This document shows positions 1 through 13,469 of a stretch of DNA of 64,000 nucleotides, one piece after another. The position numbers and the translations under genes are program-made. The notes below the pieces were generated by a model. The model did not search any database and was not told where the DNA came from. It worked only from the letters and a program-made list of their open reading frames with translations. The stretch is taken from assembly GCF_009914755.1 (NCBI RefSeq), contig NC_060930.1. One strand, written 5' to 3'. The DNA is from the human T2T-CHM13v2.0 reference genome, Homo sapiens. The first letter of the stretch is position 1, and every line of letters starts with the position of its first letter.

Positions 1-868
1 CTCACATTCAGAAGTGCCCTTTTTGACCGGAGTAGTGAAACCAGAAAGCCGTCCAGCCATGGCAGCCACTCCTTCCATGAATATACCAACAGAGAATAAC
101 CAGTTCAATTTTCCTGATATGTAATAATTCAAAAACTTGAGTAGTTCTGCAGCTGTGGTGTTTGTTGGCCACAAAAATGCACATAACATAATATCATGTA
201 CATCCTCCCGAAAACAAGCATTGTTGACTTGTGAACGTCTATAGATTTGTCAACCTGAGTTGTATACCATGGTTACTCATTAATCCTCTCTAACAATTGT
301 GCCTCAATATCCTCCACCATTTCATCAATTCATCCAGTTATGGTGCTAGCCAAAAGAGGAAAACATACCACCTTTTGAACTGCAGCCTCTCCTAAAATTT
401 CAGGACAAATGTCCTTAGCAGCAGGCAGGATCAACTCTGCACCAATAGTAAAGAGCTTCTTAGCTTCAGCAATGCAGTTAGCCACTAGAGAATGATGCTG
501 TCAGTGAAGACACATTTGGTGAAGTGGTGGTCTTCAATAACTGTTTCTGTTCTTTGTATTCACATATTTTTTTTCTTTTGAAAAACTTCAAAGGCTTGTC
601 TTTTAATGCAAGGTGCATGGTCTCCTTGTGGTGAAGCAGTTTTGAACATTTCATGACTTCCTTGGATAGCCAGTCACCACATATTATACAAAACGGGCTG
701 AGAGAATGTGAATCAACAGTTATGGTGAACCCATAATTTAAGTAGGGCTCTTGGTATTTTCTTTTAAATGCATCTTTCTTTTTCTTGGCAGCCTTAGGGT
801 TTTCTGCTGTCTTATCATTGGTCTTTCCCCCTTTTCAAATAAGCTCTCCAGTAATGATTGTTTTCCAT
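1..868 (-). pseudogene. Decayed hAT (Buster/Charlie, ZBED5/SCAND3-like) transposase N-terminus
   Basis: Manual translation gives KRKYQEPYLNYGFTITVDSHSLSPFCIICGDWLSKEVMKCSKLLHHKETMHLALKDKPLKFFKRK, a CxxC...H...H BED-like finger typical of Charlie transposases. The frame is disrupted. Confidence 0.75.
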
Positions 869-1518
869 TTATTTTGGCTAGGATTAGTTTGTGGACTTAC
901 CAAAACTGTGACTGAGACAAGTGTGTAGTGTGAAAAAGGGGTGCCCATGGAAGCAGTGAAGAAAATAATGAGCAGGTCGTGTGTGGACTAAAATAACTGT
1001 CAGCTTCTGACTTAAAGCCTGCCAACCAGATGCAGCTGCATAATTGAAGTATATCAACTCACTTGCCACTCTAAAACCTGTCACTAGATGCAGCTTGTCA
1101 CCTGCCACTCGCTGATAGAGTTTTGATATGAGTCTGCAAGCAATTGATTTATTATGGTCTCGGTGCAGCCAGGCCTCTCTGCAAATGTTAATCTGTATTT
1201 GCAGCTGCTCCCCAGTGCTAGATTCACTGTCTCAGCTCCACCTGAGATCATCAGGCATTAGATTCTCATAAGCAAAGCACAACCTAGATACCTCAGAGGT
1301 GCAGTTCACAATAGAATTCGCTCTCTTATGAGAATCTAATGTCATTACCGATGACCTGACAGGAGTTGGAGCTCAGGAAGCAAAGCCAGTAATGGGAAGT
1401 GGCTGTAAATACAGATGAAGCTTTCCTACTCAACTATCGCTCACCTCCTGCTGTGCATCCAGGTTCCTAACATGCCAAGGACCAGCACAGGTCCACGGCC
1501 CTGGGGTTTAGGACCCCT
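1..1518 (-). mobile_element. hAT-Charlie DNA transposon (Charlie3, autonomous partner of MER1), 5' portion; continues beyond the window start
   Basis: The reverse complement begins with a MER1-type terminus (AGGGGTCCTAAACCCCAGGGCCGTGGACC...GTTAGGAACC...CAGCAGGAGGTGAGCG). It contains the MER1 internal inverted repeat and is followed by decayed transposase sequence. Confidence 0.85.
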
Positions 1519-2489
1519 ATTTTAGCTGATTCTCAGAGCTCTGGAATATATTTTGAGCTTTCCAATATTTATTAGAAGCACCATCCATGGAAGTTTTTCC
1601 AAGAATATCTGTGGAAATGATTTAATGTTGTATTTGCCACGATTCCTTAGAGGGTACAAGTAAAAAATATATCTTACTTTGGTAGCTTATTTCATGATTT
1701 ACATAAGGAAGAACATTACAGACTGTTTAAAAAAACATATTTAAACTCCATTCCAGAAGAAACCTTTGTCCTGACTCCATCCAAGGGCTGGCTGGATGTT
1801 ACTGGTTCACAGACCAAAGGCAACAATATATTAACCTGACCATACCTAGATGTATTAAAGGTTCACAGATATGGTCTCTACCTAGGCAATCTTTTCCACA
1901 GGAAAGGAAGGGAAAATGGATTTTGAGTAAACAGTTAGAAACGATCATTATTTGTAAATAAACATTTAAGCTTCACAACCTTGAATTTGTTTATATTGTG
2001 TAGGTTTGTTTTGAAAACGATTTTTAGCACCTTTACATACACTGCTCCTCAGATATTAAGTTTTCTTCTGTAATTTTGGCAATTAATTAATTAATCAGCA
2101 GTTGAAATGACTAACAGTGTTGCTTAATATTATGATTTGGAGAAGCAACATTGTAAGAGGAGCAGATTTTTAGATGATAAATATTTTATTTTTTATATTT
2201 ATATAATTACAACCATAGAAGCAACAGAGACCTACTAAACCTACAGCATATGTGACACTACATTAGAAACACTGACAACTTTGAAGGTTAGATGACATAT
2301 GATTTTTAAAACTCTAGGTAGTTCCTTAAAAATATGTTTTTTTTTCTCCAATAGACAGCTATGGTCTTAAAATATCTTATTTCAAAATTTCATGTGTCAA
2401 TGATGACTGCTCATATTCACTGGCTTTTTAATGATTTTGAACTTCTATTATAAAATATTTTAAATGAAATATGTACATCTGAAAACTAT

Positions 2490-2720
2490 CATTAATAATA
2501 CTGTATTGTACACTTGAAATCTGCTAAGAGCAGAGAAGTGCTCTTACTATACACACACAAAAAGTGGTAACTCTTTGAGGTAATGGAGATGTTAATTAAT
2601 TTGATTCTGGCAATTATTTCACAATGTGTATATACATCAAAACATCACATTGTACACCTTAAATATATGTAATTTTATGTGCTTATACCTTGACTTAACT
2701 AGAAAAAGAGAAGAAAAACA
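2490..2720 (+). mobile_element. Old L1M (L1MA/MB-type) 3' end fragment
   Basis: actgtattgtacacttgaaatctgctaagag...catcacattgtacaccttaaatatatg followed by an A-rich tail. Confidence 0.7.
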
Positions 2721-2799
2721 CATTAATAATGCAGTGTATTGAATCTGATATAATTGGTAAGTTGGTTAGGAAGCAAATAGCTAACGTAGCCATTTAGAA

Positions 2800-2960
2800 T
2801 AGTAGCATAGAATTAACTTCATAAATAAACCCTGAATTGGAATCATGCCATTTACTATCTGTGTGATTTTTGAACAAGTTACTTAACATCTATGTGCCTC
2901 AATCTTCTCACCTGAAAAATAAACATGCACATGGTACTTAAGTCATATGAATTTTTGCTA
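2800..2960 (+). mobile_element. MIR SINE
   Basis: Core-like sequence ctatctgtgtgatttttgaacaagttacttaacatctatgtgcctcaatcttctcacctgaaaaat. Confidence 0.7.
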
Positions 2961-3374
2961 ATCATTTTTATTGTTCTAGAACTAGAATACAGTGAGTAGT
3001 CTTGTTAATAGTTCTATGCTTTCCTAAACACTAGATTATAGAATTAAAGCTTTGTTTACCTTTTTTAACCTAATAATGGAATGGAATTATGCTTTCCATT
3101 ATACCTACCAATGATATTACTAATTTAATTCCAAATACATGTGCCACTTTGTGATTTTGATATATTTTTCCTCAATGTATGTATTCATTCTCTGAAGGCA
3201 ATGGTTCTATGTAAGATAGATGAAAACCATATAATTATTGACATATTTTGTATTGGTAAATTAATGGTGACATATTTTGCAAACTGTCCTAAAGCATATA
3301 TTTTTCATTAAATGATATATCTTGGGAATCTTTCTATGTCAGTGAATAAAGAGATGCCTTACTCTTTTTTCTTC

Positions 3375-4020
3375 ATCTTTTTATTTTGAGAAATTCAGGA
3401 AACATAAAGAAGTTGAAAAATAGAACAAAGATAAGCAGTATAATTTCACCTATTTTCAACAATGGTTAATTCAATATACAACAATTTTCAACAATTGTTA
3501 ATACAATATAATAACAATACAATAATACACAAAAATATAACAATATAATAACAATTGTTAATGCCTGTTATATTAATTTTCTCACTTTATATGAGTGTAT
3601 ATATATATACGTGTGTTTGTTAAACAATTTGAAAAAAGTTGTAGACATCATAACGCTGTACTATAATAGCAACTACTTAAACAGGTTTATTTTTAGATAT
3701 CAAGAACAATCTTCTTCTATCTAACCTTATATCATTTTCATTGCAATGACACAGAAATATTTTATTTTATAGATATCATATTCAAATTTCTTTTTTATCA
3801 TAGTTAAATTTTCTTCTTTATTTTTAATTTTATTTTATTAATTTTTATGGATACATAGTAAATGTACACATTTATGGGGTACATGAGATGTTTGATTATT
3901 TGTTATCTTTTGCAATCCATAATTTTCTAAAGATCCTCCATTGCACTTGGTGTCATGGCTCTTACATGGTTTTAATATAGAATAAACTCACTGTCTTTTT
4001 TTCTTTTCTTGAGGAACTTG
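3375..4020 (-). mobile_element. Degraded L1M fragments, including a short L1MA/PB 3' end at about 3820-3895
   Basis: ttttattttgagaaattcagg... and tttttatggatacatagtaaatgtacacatttatggggtacatgagatg resemble antisense L1 3' ends. Confidence 0.5.
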
Positions 4021-4909
4021 TAATTTTGGTTTTTAATAAAATTATCATATTCATTTTCAGATTAAATATTCATATATTTCATCTTTACTCATGGTAGAAA
4101 ATTTAAAACCATAAAATTCCAATTTTCATGAATGCATTAACAGCCAGAATTTGACTTTTAAACACTGTTTTCTATTACATGGCCCAGGTTTGGTACAAGG
4201 AAAGTACAAAATGAGCATGAAACACCTTATTCTTTCAGAAAACAAAGAAATGCTCATGGACAAATGGTAACAATTCAAAGAGACACAAGAGCTGACTCTT
4301 ATTCTTAATTTTGGCACAATTTTGAAATCAAAAGGAATAATGACTGTAATGAATTTTCACAGACTGGATTTTAAAAATAACTCATGATTGTTTACTGATA
4401 CAGTTATGGGATGGGGTAGGGAAAGTTCTTCTTTATACATGAATGCCAAGATACAAGTGTAGAACAAATAATAAAAATATAAGTAGTCAATTTGCATCTG
4501 CCAATGTCATATTTGACTTAATAAATAATCATCAACCTGCAATTCTATGTTTTCTCATGTACCCCAGGGAAGTGAAACCTGAAAAGCACACTTCCCAGGC
4601 CTCGTTGCCAGCAGGATTTCTTTTGATATACTCCAATAAAAGTCACTCATGCTGTATCTGGAAGATATAGGGATAAGGAGTAGCCATTATTCTCTGGTAG
4701 TGATTTCGAGCCATTTTTGCACACCACTTAATTATTACTTTAGTATTCTGGGTACCTGAGAACCTTAGAGGTGGCCTCCATTAGTAACCATTTTCTCTGA
4801 AAGCAGTTCCTATAATATTTGCTTCCCAACCTTCAGACTTTTGTGTAACCCTGTATTTCCCTGAGTTAAACCTATTCTTCCTTTAAATAGCTTAAATACT
4901 ACTATTCTT

Positions 4910-5314
4910 CGGAGGCTTGTGATCCTCCAAAATTCACGTTAAAACTTAGTCTCCGATGCATTAGTGTTAAGAAGTAGGGCCTTCTCAGAAGTTATTAAGT
5001 TATGAGAGCTCCGCTTTTAAGATTAATGCCCTGATAAAAGAGGCTTCAGAGAGCTGTCACTCCATCCATCTTTTCTACAGTGTGAGGACGCTTCATTCAT
5101 TTGGGTTTTGTTTGTTTTTTGTTGTTTTTTTCTCCCTTTCCACGTGCAGCAAGAAGTCTCTGTCTTGGAGGTAGAGAGTGCTTACCAGATATCAAACTTG
5201 CTGGTGCCTTAATTTTGTACTGTCCAGTCTCCATAACTGTAAGAATTAAATTTCTGATTTAAAAAAAATTATTCAATCTAAGCTATTTTGTTACAGCAGC
5301 ATGAAGGGACTAAG
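4910..5314 (+). mobile_element. MaLR solo LTR (MST family)
   Basis: cctccaaaattcacgttaaaactta...gctggtgccttaattttgtactgtccagtctccataactgtaag...ttttgttacagcagcatgaagggactaaga. Confidence 0.8.
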
Positions 5315-6883
5315 AAAACTATCTGTTTTTTTCTGACTGACTGGTACAGAATTAGGTACTAGAATTAATTCTAAGATGATTAGATTTGAAGAGTGTAATT
5401 ATGCTAAAATAAAATAATGCTAAAATAATTTGGCACACTGGACATCTATTGTATGCAACGGAACAATAGTTACTTAAAACATCTCTTGTAATTACCTGGA
5501 ATAAATTGCCTATAAAAAACAATACTATGGGATTAGTTACCAAAACCTTTGGGTGGGAATGATGGTTATAAATCGGAGGGTGGAGTGGGGACAAGAAAAG
5601 CAAAATTAGGAGATTCATGACAAGGAATTCTGGAGAAGACAATGAACATAACATGTAAGCACAACTACTTTATTCATATAAATTCTCATTAAAGTGCATT
5701 TAGTGCATATGCAACTTATAAGAATTGGGTAAAGAGGCTAACCCATTCTCAGAATGCCAGTCAGTCTTCTGCCACACTAATGCTTGGCCAGTGGGTTTGT
5801 GGACTAACTAACAATAAGATTATGAGATTAATGTTTTGTATGAGCTCAAAAAACACTGGTTTCCTTTTACTGTGCCTGACCAGGCTACATTCAGTGCTGC
5901 ATTCCCAACCTATGAGGGTAAGAGGCCAATATTGTGCCTCTGCTATTGCACCTGGCATGAAAAACTGGGCATTCACCTGGTAGTAGTTTTATTACATTAG
6001 AATCTTCTTATCACACAGTTAGCACTTACTTAGAATATGGATATGTATTCCCTATCTACAGTGTTCCAATGTAACAGTAAGTTTAAATATTTGTGAAATT
6101 CAGGGAATTCCCTGAATTGTCTATCAGTACTTCTATCTCCTCAGGTAAATGTTAGTGAAGGACCACGGCAACACAATGTAGAAAGGATGATGCATGGCTT
6201 AGATTATTCAGAAATAAAATTATTTATCACATAAGCTCAAGAGCCATGGCCAACTGAGCTGTTCAATGAAAGCAAAGATAGAGAATAGGTAGTGAAAGAA
6301 CATTTTATGTAACAACTACCAGTTGTTGTCTAGTTGAAAAAAAAACAAGATCTATAGTGGTTTTGAATATATTTTTAATATTTTGTTATGTATATATATT
6401 TGTATATGTTAACCATTTTTCCTACCATTTTTCTACAATCTTACATTAATGGTGGTCATACCTCTAATTTAGTCTGTAAATGACATAGTACCAAAGGAAA
6501 ATTGTGAATTTGTCATAAAAAATGAACATTACTCAGACATCAGTAAAGGAAGGACTTTGAGTTTTCTATTTTGGGGAACCTGAGAAAGTCTTTATTTAGA
6601 AGAAGAATAGATGCATGTTAGGCAGAGACAAGATGATACTATTTTTGTGTCTGCTTAAAAGATAAATATGAACAGAAAGGAACATATGAACAGTGAGAAT
6701 TCAAAGGTATGGCCTGTGATGGATATTTTCTTACTTCTAAATTCTGTCCTGTATCTCAGAAGCTAAAGCCTCAAAGTTAGATGTCGTAGAATCCACTTGA
6801 AATCAAACTTGTGGCTGGATCTCATCAATTGGATGCGTATGTGTGCAGGTCTGGAGTTTTACTTTTAGATTTTACATGTTCTA

Positions 6884-7154
6884 CTGAATGGCACTGCCTA
6901 GGTTTTCTTCTAGGGCATTTATGGTTTTAGGTCTTACGTTCAATCTTTAATCCATCTTGAGTTAGTTTTGGTATAAGGCATAAGGAAGGGGTCCAGTTTC
7001 AGTTTTCTGCATATGGCTAGCCAGTTTACCTAATACCATTTATTAAATAGGGAATCCTTTCCCCATTGCTTGTTTTGGTCAGGCTTGTCAAAGATCAGAT
7101 AGTTGCAGATGTGTGGCGTTATTTCTGAGGTCTCAGTTCTGTTCCATTGGTCTA
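6884..7154 (-). mobile_element. Internal L1PA ORF2 fragment without 3' UTR or poly(A)
   Basis: Close match to the equivalent L1 segment at about 45520-45791 (tgcctaggttttcttctaggg...ctgttccattggtcta). Confidence 0.9.
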
Positions 7155-8085
7155 CAGAATCACCCTTCTTGGTATTGTAAGTGCTAAGATTACTGAGAGA
7201 ATTTCTGTGATCCCTATGCTTCTAATCCTTCCACACTTACGAAAGCCTCCAATTCTTTGTAAGATTTATTCTATCAAAATACCTGAAGAAGTATCTGTTT
7301 CACTGAGAAACTATGCACTAAGTAGAAGATGCTATCTATTTCATTTGAGTATGAAACATTAATGATCTGGGATAAAACTTGGGTTTTGTTGGCTTCCTTT
7401 TTCTATAAAATTTATATTCATTTAGCATTGTATATGTTTAATTGAAGAAAATCTTGATTGAGGTTATCAGGAATTTTGATCATAGCAATTACAAAAATGT
7501 GTCACAAAAGTAAGATTTTAATTATTTAAATTAGAAAATTAAAGCCCACTGAAATTGAGGAGCTCGTCCGAGGTGGAATGTTGACTGGTATTACCGGACA
7601 TTTTTCCTGTTTTCTAATCCAGGTCCCCTTCCAAGTTACTACTTACTTAACAATGAAATAAACAAAAATGTGTTAATCTTTAATAAGAAAAGACTGTGCC
7701 AGTAATTTTTGCCACTTGAATGTTGAGTAGAAAAAAACAATGAAAAGTGTGACTTTTAAATGAGGTGGAGAAAAAGGACATTTATCAACATATTATATAG
7801 GAAACACAGAGAATGCAAGAGATAAGGTGCAGGTAATCTTTTTAAAGATTGTCATTCTTTAATTCCCATCTCTAACTTTGGTTATAGAACCTCAAATGGA
7901 TTATACATTTAGAAATTGTAACTGGCATGGAAAGTGAGGTCTTGAACAAGAGAGTGAGAATAGAAGTATAATGCTGAAAACATTGTGCTGTCGCTGAATG
8001 TTTCTTAAACAATAAAACTCAGAAGGAAGTAACAGAGCTCAATGAGCCCTTCTGCCATAGAGATTCAATCCTTCTCCCTATGGCC

Positions 8086-8220
8086 CAAGAATGGCCATAA
8101 TTTGTGGTGCCCAAGTCTAAATAAAATGTGAGCTCATTGTCCAAATAGTATTAAAGATTTTAAGTGGTACAGCAGAGGGTTAAGACCAAGTATGTCATCT
8201 TTCTAGGCACAGAGACTTGT
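8086..8220 (-). mobile_element. MER45A (hAT-Tip100), truncated copy within a local duplication
   Basis: cataatttgtggtgccc...ttaaagattttaagtggtacagcagag matches the reverse complement of MER45A and the copy at 9706-9877. Confidence 0.7.
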
Positions 8221-8932
8221 AGTAAAGGAGCAATAGTAAAGCCACTTCATTACATAATTGCATTCACTTAATTTACCCATCAACCTTATCTATATACTTG
8301 CTTTTGCCAATATAAATGCATTGGTAAAATACTTATTTCATATTGACATAGACTTGGGCACAAGAGCATCTAGATTAAACACAAACTTTAAATTTAATTT
8401 TACCTTCTTACACATTGACCCAAGTGGATAATTTCTTTTCTTTTTTTTTTCATAAAGATACATTTCACTTTATTCCTTTTGCATACAATAAGTAAACATT
8501 TTGTAGTTAATATAGACTTTGCCCTGTTAAATATTACACATAAGGCTAAATGATTTTTAAATTACTTAATATTCAATTTTTTTTCACAAATACTATGAAT
8601 TCTATAGGAACTATTTTAAAATGTATGAAATAAAATTGATGCATGTATTTTGTGAATTGTCAATTGGAATTCAAACTATTAATAGTATCAGGAATAGTGC
8701 ATCTAAATGAAACATTTTGGAAAGCAGCAGTTGTTTGCAGAACCTGAATGGTTTCATGAACTCATAGACAAATAGTTGGCTTATTACCATAACTATTCGT
8801 GAATTTATTCCTATGTCATTATTTAATTACTTTTATTGATACCTAAATATTTTATTTAAAGAACAGAACACTTATTTGGACATTTTCACTGTCCCTGAAT
8901 ATCTTAGTTTGGGTATCTTAAAAATAGCTTGG

Positions 8933-9251
<319 letters not shown>

Positions 9252-9705
9252 TTATTGTTATTGCTTTATTTCTGTGTTGTAGAGTAAGAAGGAAAATAAC
9301 ATAAGGAAGTGTATTACCAAGCCTTTAATTTTGTCAGAAAACACAGACAGCTGTCTCAGAAGAAGATTCTGCCAAGGTCATATGGAAACACTATGTCTCA
9401 AATTATTCTCTTAGCAGAGAAGCAAGAGAAGAATTTATCCACCTTTGCTTCTCACGTAGCTCATTGTTCAGAGTACACCTCCATGACAGTGGGGAAACCC
9501 TGAAGGAGGAAAATGAGAGACGACAGTGTGAATCGTAAAGTGAGATACAGTCAAATTGTGCTACCAGGGAAAAGAAAGATGGGATAATTTCTGGTTGTGG
9601 GCCTAGCTGATTATACAGCGCAGCTGCTACACACAATCTCTGAAGGAAGTAACAGAGCTCAATGAGACTCTCTGCAATAGAGATTCAATCCTCCTCCCTA
9701 TGGCC

Positions 9706-9877
9706 CAAGAATGCTCATAATTTGTGGTGCCAAGGGCAAAATGAAACGTGGGCTCATCATCCAAAAATTATTAAGGATTTTAAGTGGTATAGCAGAATAT
9801 TAAACCAAGCATGTGGTCCTTCTAGGCACAGAGACCTGTGCAACTGCATAGGTCATGCACTCAGAAAGCCACTTCTG
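9706..9877 (-). mobile_element. MER45A (hAT-Tip100), near full length
   Basis: cataatttgtggtgccaagggcaaaatgaaa...aaaaattattaaggatttt...ttaaaccaagc...ctgtgcaactgcataggtcatgcac. Confidence 0.8.
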
Positions 9878-12799
9878 CCATAGCCTGCATGAATCTTACT
9901 GGTATTAAGAGACCTTCATGGAGGGGAGCCTGTAGGATGGAACAAAATACTATTGTTCAGTGAATCTAGGGAGGCTCTGTGATGGCATCTGTTGCCCCAA
10001 AAGACTGTATTTTGAAAGATATACTTTTAAAGTATAGAGATAAGATGATACTATTTTTGTGTCTGCTTAAAAGATAAATATGAACAGAAAGGAACATATG
10101 AACAGTGAGAATCACTATCCTGATTATAAAAATTGCAGTTTATTATAGTTTATTAGATGTTTCTTTAACTCTTAAGCACTGTGTCTCCCAGATATTTTGT
10201 ATGAAAATATTAAAATTCAATTAGGTAAATTTTGGCTGATTTAAGGTTGTACGTTTTTCATCAGAGAAACAACATATCAAAAAACTGATTGATTATTTGA
10301 ACATATCATTCACACACATATAAAGTGTTTACAGACTTATGAACTGAAGGCATAGACATATTCTGAATTGTTATCTTAACTTCCAATATGTTTTTCTCAC
10401 CCAATTTTTTTTCTCATTTTTGCCTCAGTGATAGTATATTTTATTAAGCAGACTCATTGTCAGATCTTTAATTTCTTTGGAGTCCTTTCTGGCTTGAAAG
10501 AGTAGCTTCTAATTTTTTTCTTTTTTGTTTTAAATCAAAGACTACTATCGAATTTGTTAAAATGTTATTTAAAAGACTTACCATATTTTTTTCAATTGTG
10601 AAAATAATGTTCAGCAAAACTACACCCTATTTGATTTTATAAGACATCGAAGGAAAAAATGAAATTAGAATAAGCATTCTTTTGTTTTGTTTTGTTTAAG
10701 TAAGGAAAACAAAAATAGAAAGACAATGTAAACATCAGTGGGGAAATGTAAGTATGAACACACGAGGAACCATCTGGGAAAGTGATCACAGGATATGATA
10801 CAGCACATGAAAAAATACACAAATAGGCAATCTGCTTTTCACTACTGACATATCCATCAGCATAAAAACATGATAATAATAATAATAGCTGAGAACTTCT
10901 GCTTTTAATTTTCTCTAATCATCATGTCCATATTCTTAATTCATTACAATAGACACACATTTATTTTCATAGGATTCAGGACTATGTTATAAAGTATAAA
11001 CTTTAAAATTCAAATTTGAGCTGTATATTATTGGCAAGTCAGTCTACACTATTTTTTATAACTGAGTTTTGAGTACACATAATTATTATTTCTAAGATAT
11101 AATGATTCTGATGTTGAGAAACTCAAATTTCTGCTTTTTTTTGTTACCTGTAGGTTAAGTTCTCTGTCTCACTTTCCATGTAAAGTAGATGCAGAGAAAA
11201 GACACACACTCTCATTGTGAATAGAGTTATATATTAACATTTACTCAAAGGCTTTATGTCATACATTTAATATTTACAATAAAAAGATTTGTTGAATACG
11301 TAGTATATTCCACAGTATGATGAGTGTTGAAACAAAGGTGAATACAATATGATTACTATCCTAAAGGAGTTAAAAAATGAGAAATGGCCTGCCTTATATT
11401 TATTTAAAATGCATAAAAGTATTTTAGCAGCTACAGAGGCTGGACAAGAAGACATAACCTAAACGGAAAAAGAATTATTTAGCACTTTATTTTAGGGTAA
11501 GGAATAATTTGTAAAAAAATGATTCAACTTTGGTTTCCCCTGTCCTATATTGCTTGTAAGTAAATAATACATCATATTAGTAGTAATATTCAAAATTATA
11601 CTGGATCCTCACTGTAGCTCCCCATATATTTTTTTCAGACTCCCTCAAACTCTTACCTAGTTATGTATGAAGATTCTCAAAAGTTGCCTCATGTGCACAC
11701 ATAAAAAGCACATACTGCTACAGACATGAATAACGTGGTCTTAATCTTTTGCTCTAATTCTTCATTTCAGGACGCTGTCTGGGAAGTCCTCAACCCTTTT
11801 GCTGCAGCTTTTGTTGATTTTATAAACACTGACGGCTATACAAATGTGGTGCCCCTTCATCCACATAATGCTGATGAAAACCAGTGAAAGACCCAGATTG
11901 TCCCTGCACTGCTTGGCACACCCTATATGTCAAAGCTCTGCTGGGCTTCCTCGAAAGTGGACCAAGCGTTCTATTCCAACATATGGCAACAAACCAGGAC
12001 AATCAAAAGAGTGCAATAATTGCCACTTCCCATTCTGCCTATGACTCTGTCTCCATGAGGCTCAGTTATGAGTCTTATGTCTGGGCTTAAGACATGACGA
12101 ATGCAAATAACCTCCTGTCTTTCTCTTTACTTCTTCCAACACACAGACATTTAAACTCTTATAATTAATTTACTGAAATAGATGCCTCATATTCAGCCTG
12201 TTCCCCAAGTTCATCAGATATACATTTTGATGTCTGCCTTTAATCAGTTAACTCAACCTTGGCTGATACTACAAAATTAGGTTAATTTAAAAATGATTAG
12301 GAAGTTTATATTGTGAGTTAAGTTGGTACTGATTTTCTCAATATTGTTTTCCAAGATTAAGTATTAATAGAAAGCTACCATTAGCAAACGTTTTATTTTG
12401 CTTAAATTTAAAAATTCAAGCATAGAGTTCAAGCCCTTCAAAGTTCAGTGTAGCTGAACAATCTTCGGATAATTGTAACAACAAAAGTGGCTCCGCATAA
12501 TTATTAATATTCTGACTTACATCAGTAAGTCAAAGAAGTATACTTTGCTTTAAAGATACCAGTTAAATAATGCAACTCTGTAAGGAAGAATAATATGTAG
12601 CAAAGTAATAAGTCTGATAACTATTCCATTACAGCTGGCTCATAAATGTCTATGTTTTATTAGATAAAAGAAACGTGAATAACAAAATCAAATCAATATT
12701 CTGTTAATTGAGGTGTTATAGGATTTTTTCTTCCCCCAAATGGGATATTGTTGTATTTTATAATGTCAAGCGCATCTGTATTTCTTCAACTTATCTAAC

Positions 12800-13420
12800 A
12801 CAATATACAATGACATTTTTATGAAATAGGTTGAAGGATTTAAGGTGAATGAGCATAATTAAGAGAATTGATAATTGAATAAACTGGGTAATCAGGTTGC
12901 CAAAAAGGTTGTCAATCTGAAAAAATGATCTGTAACAGAAAATCCAAGTCCTTGCCTCAGGCTTGGCTTAACCAATAACTTTTGTAGAAACCTTTATGAG
13001 GATAAACATGATGTACAAAAGGATTTATGGATGACAAGAAGTTTTAAAATGTAAGGAGTATATATAGAAGTGGAGAATCAGTATAAAAGAAAATCTTGAC
13101 TGGCAGAGGCAACAGTCCAAACTGACTACACGAAATGTGACAGAGATCAACACACAATCTGTATTATTTCCAATACAGCAGAGACATGCGGAAAACTAAG
13201 AGGTAAACTAAAACAGTTAGTATAAACAAAACTTTAGGGATTAAGTGTAATCTAAATCGGTAGCATAAATTATTGATCAAATAATCTAATGATGGTTTAG
13301 GTACATCTAATTTGAATTACTATGGTGGCCTCTCGTTTACAGATGTGTTAGACAAATCACATCCAGAGCATTGTTTTCAATTCTGGGCCTCACACAATGA
13401 GAGGACATATATTGCAACTG
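12800..13420 (+). mobile_element. L3/CR1 LINE fragment (decayed RT region)
   Basis: aaatcttgactggcagaggcaacagtccaaactgac...gacaaatcacatccagagcattgttttcaattctgggcctcaca resembles the L3 consensus. Confidence 0.65.
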
Positions 13421-13469
13421 AACATGTGTTTTTGCATAATTTTAAGGAGAGCAAAGACAAGAAAGTAAA

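Larger units (their letters stand above)
4520..7325 (+). mobile_element. Ancient ERVL-type provirus remnant (LTR33/LTR16-like 5' LTR, decayed internal region, 3' LTR); both LTRs interrupted
   Basis: LTR-like ends ...ctgactgactggtaca (about 5348) and ...ctgtttcactgagaaactatgcacta (about 7320). The internal stretch at 5760-6100 resembles decayed ERVL pol/integrase, and a purine-rich stretch precedes tgtgatgg at about 6715. Confidence 0.5.

Noticed and set aside
1256-1341. Perfect 17-bp inverted repeat (cattagattctcataag / cttatgagaatctaatg) resembling a pre-miRNA stem
   Set aside because: It is an intrinsic feature of the MER1/Charlie3 consensus, and there is no evidence of processing.
3452-3562. 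Degenerate repeats of ttttcaacaattgttaatacaatata
   Set aside because: Low-complexity slippage inside an old L1; no regular repeat-spacer (CRISPR-like) organisation.
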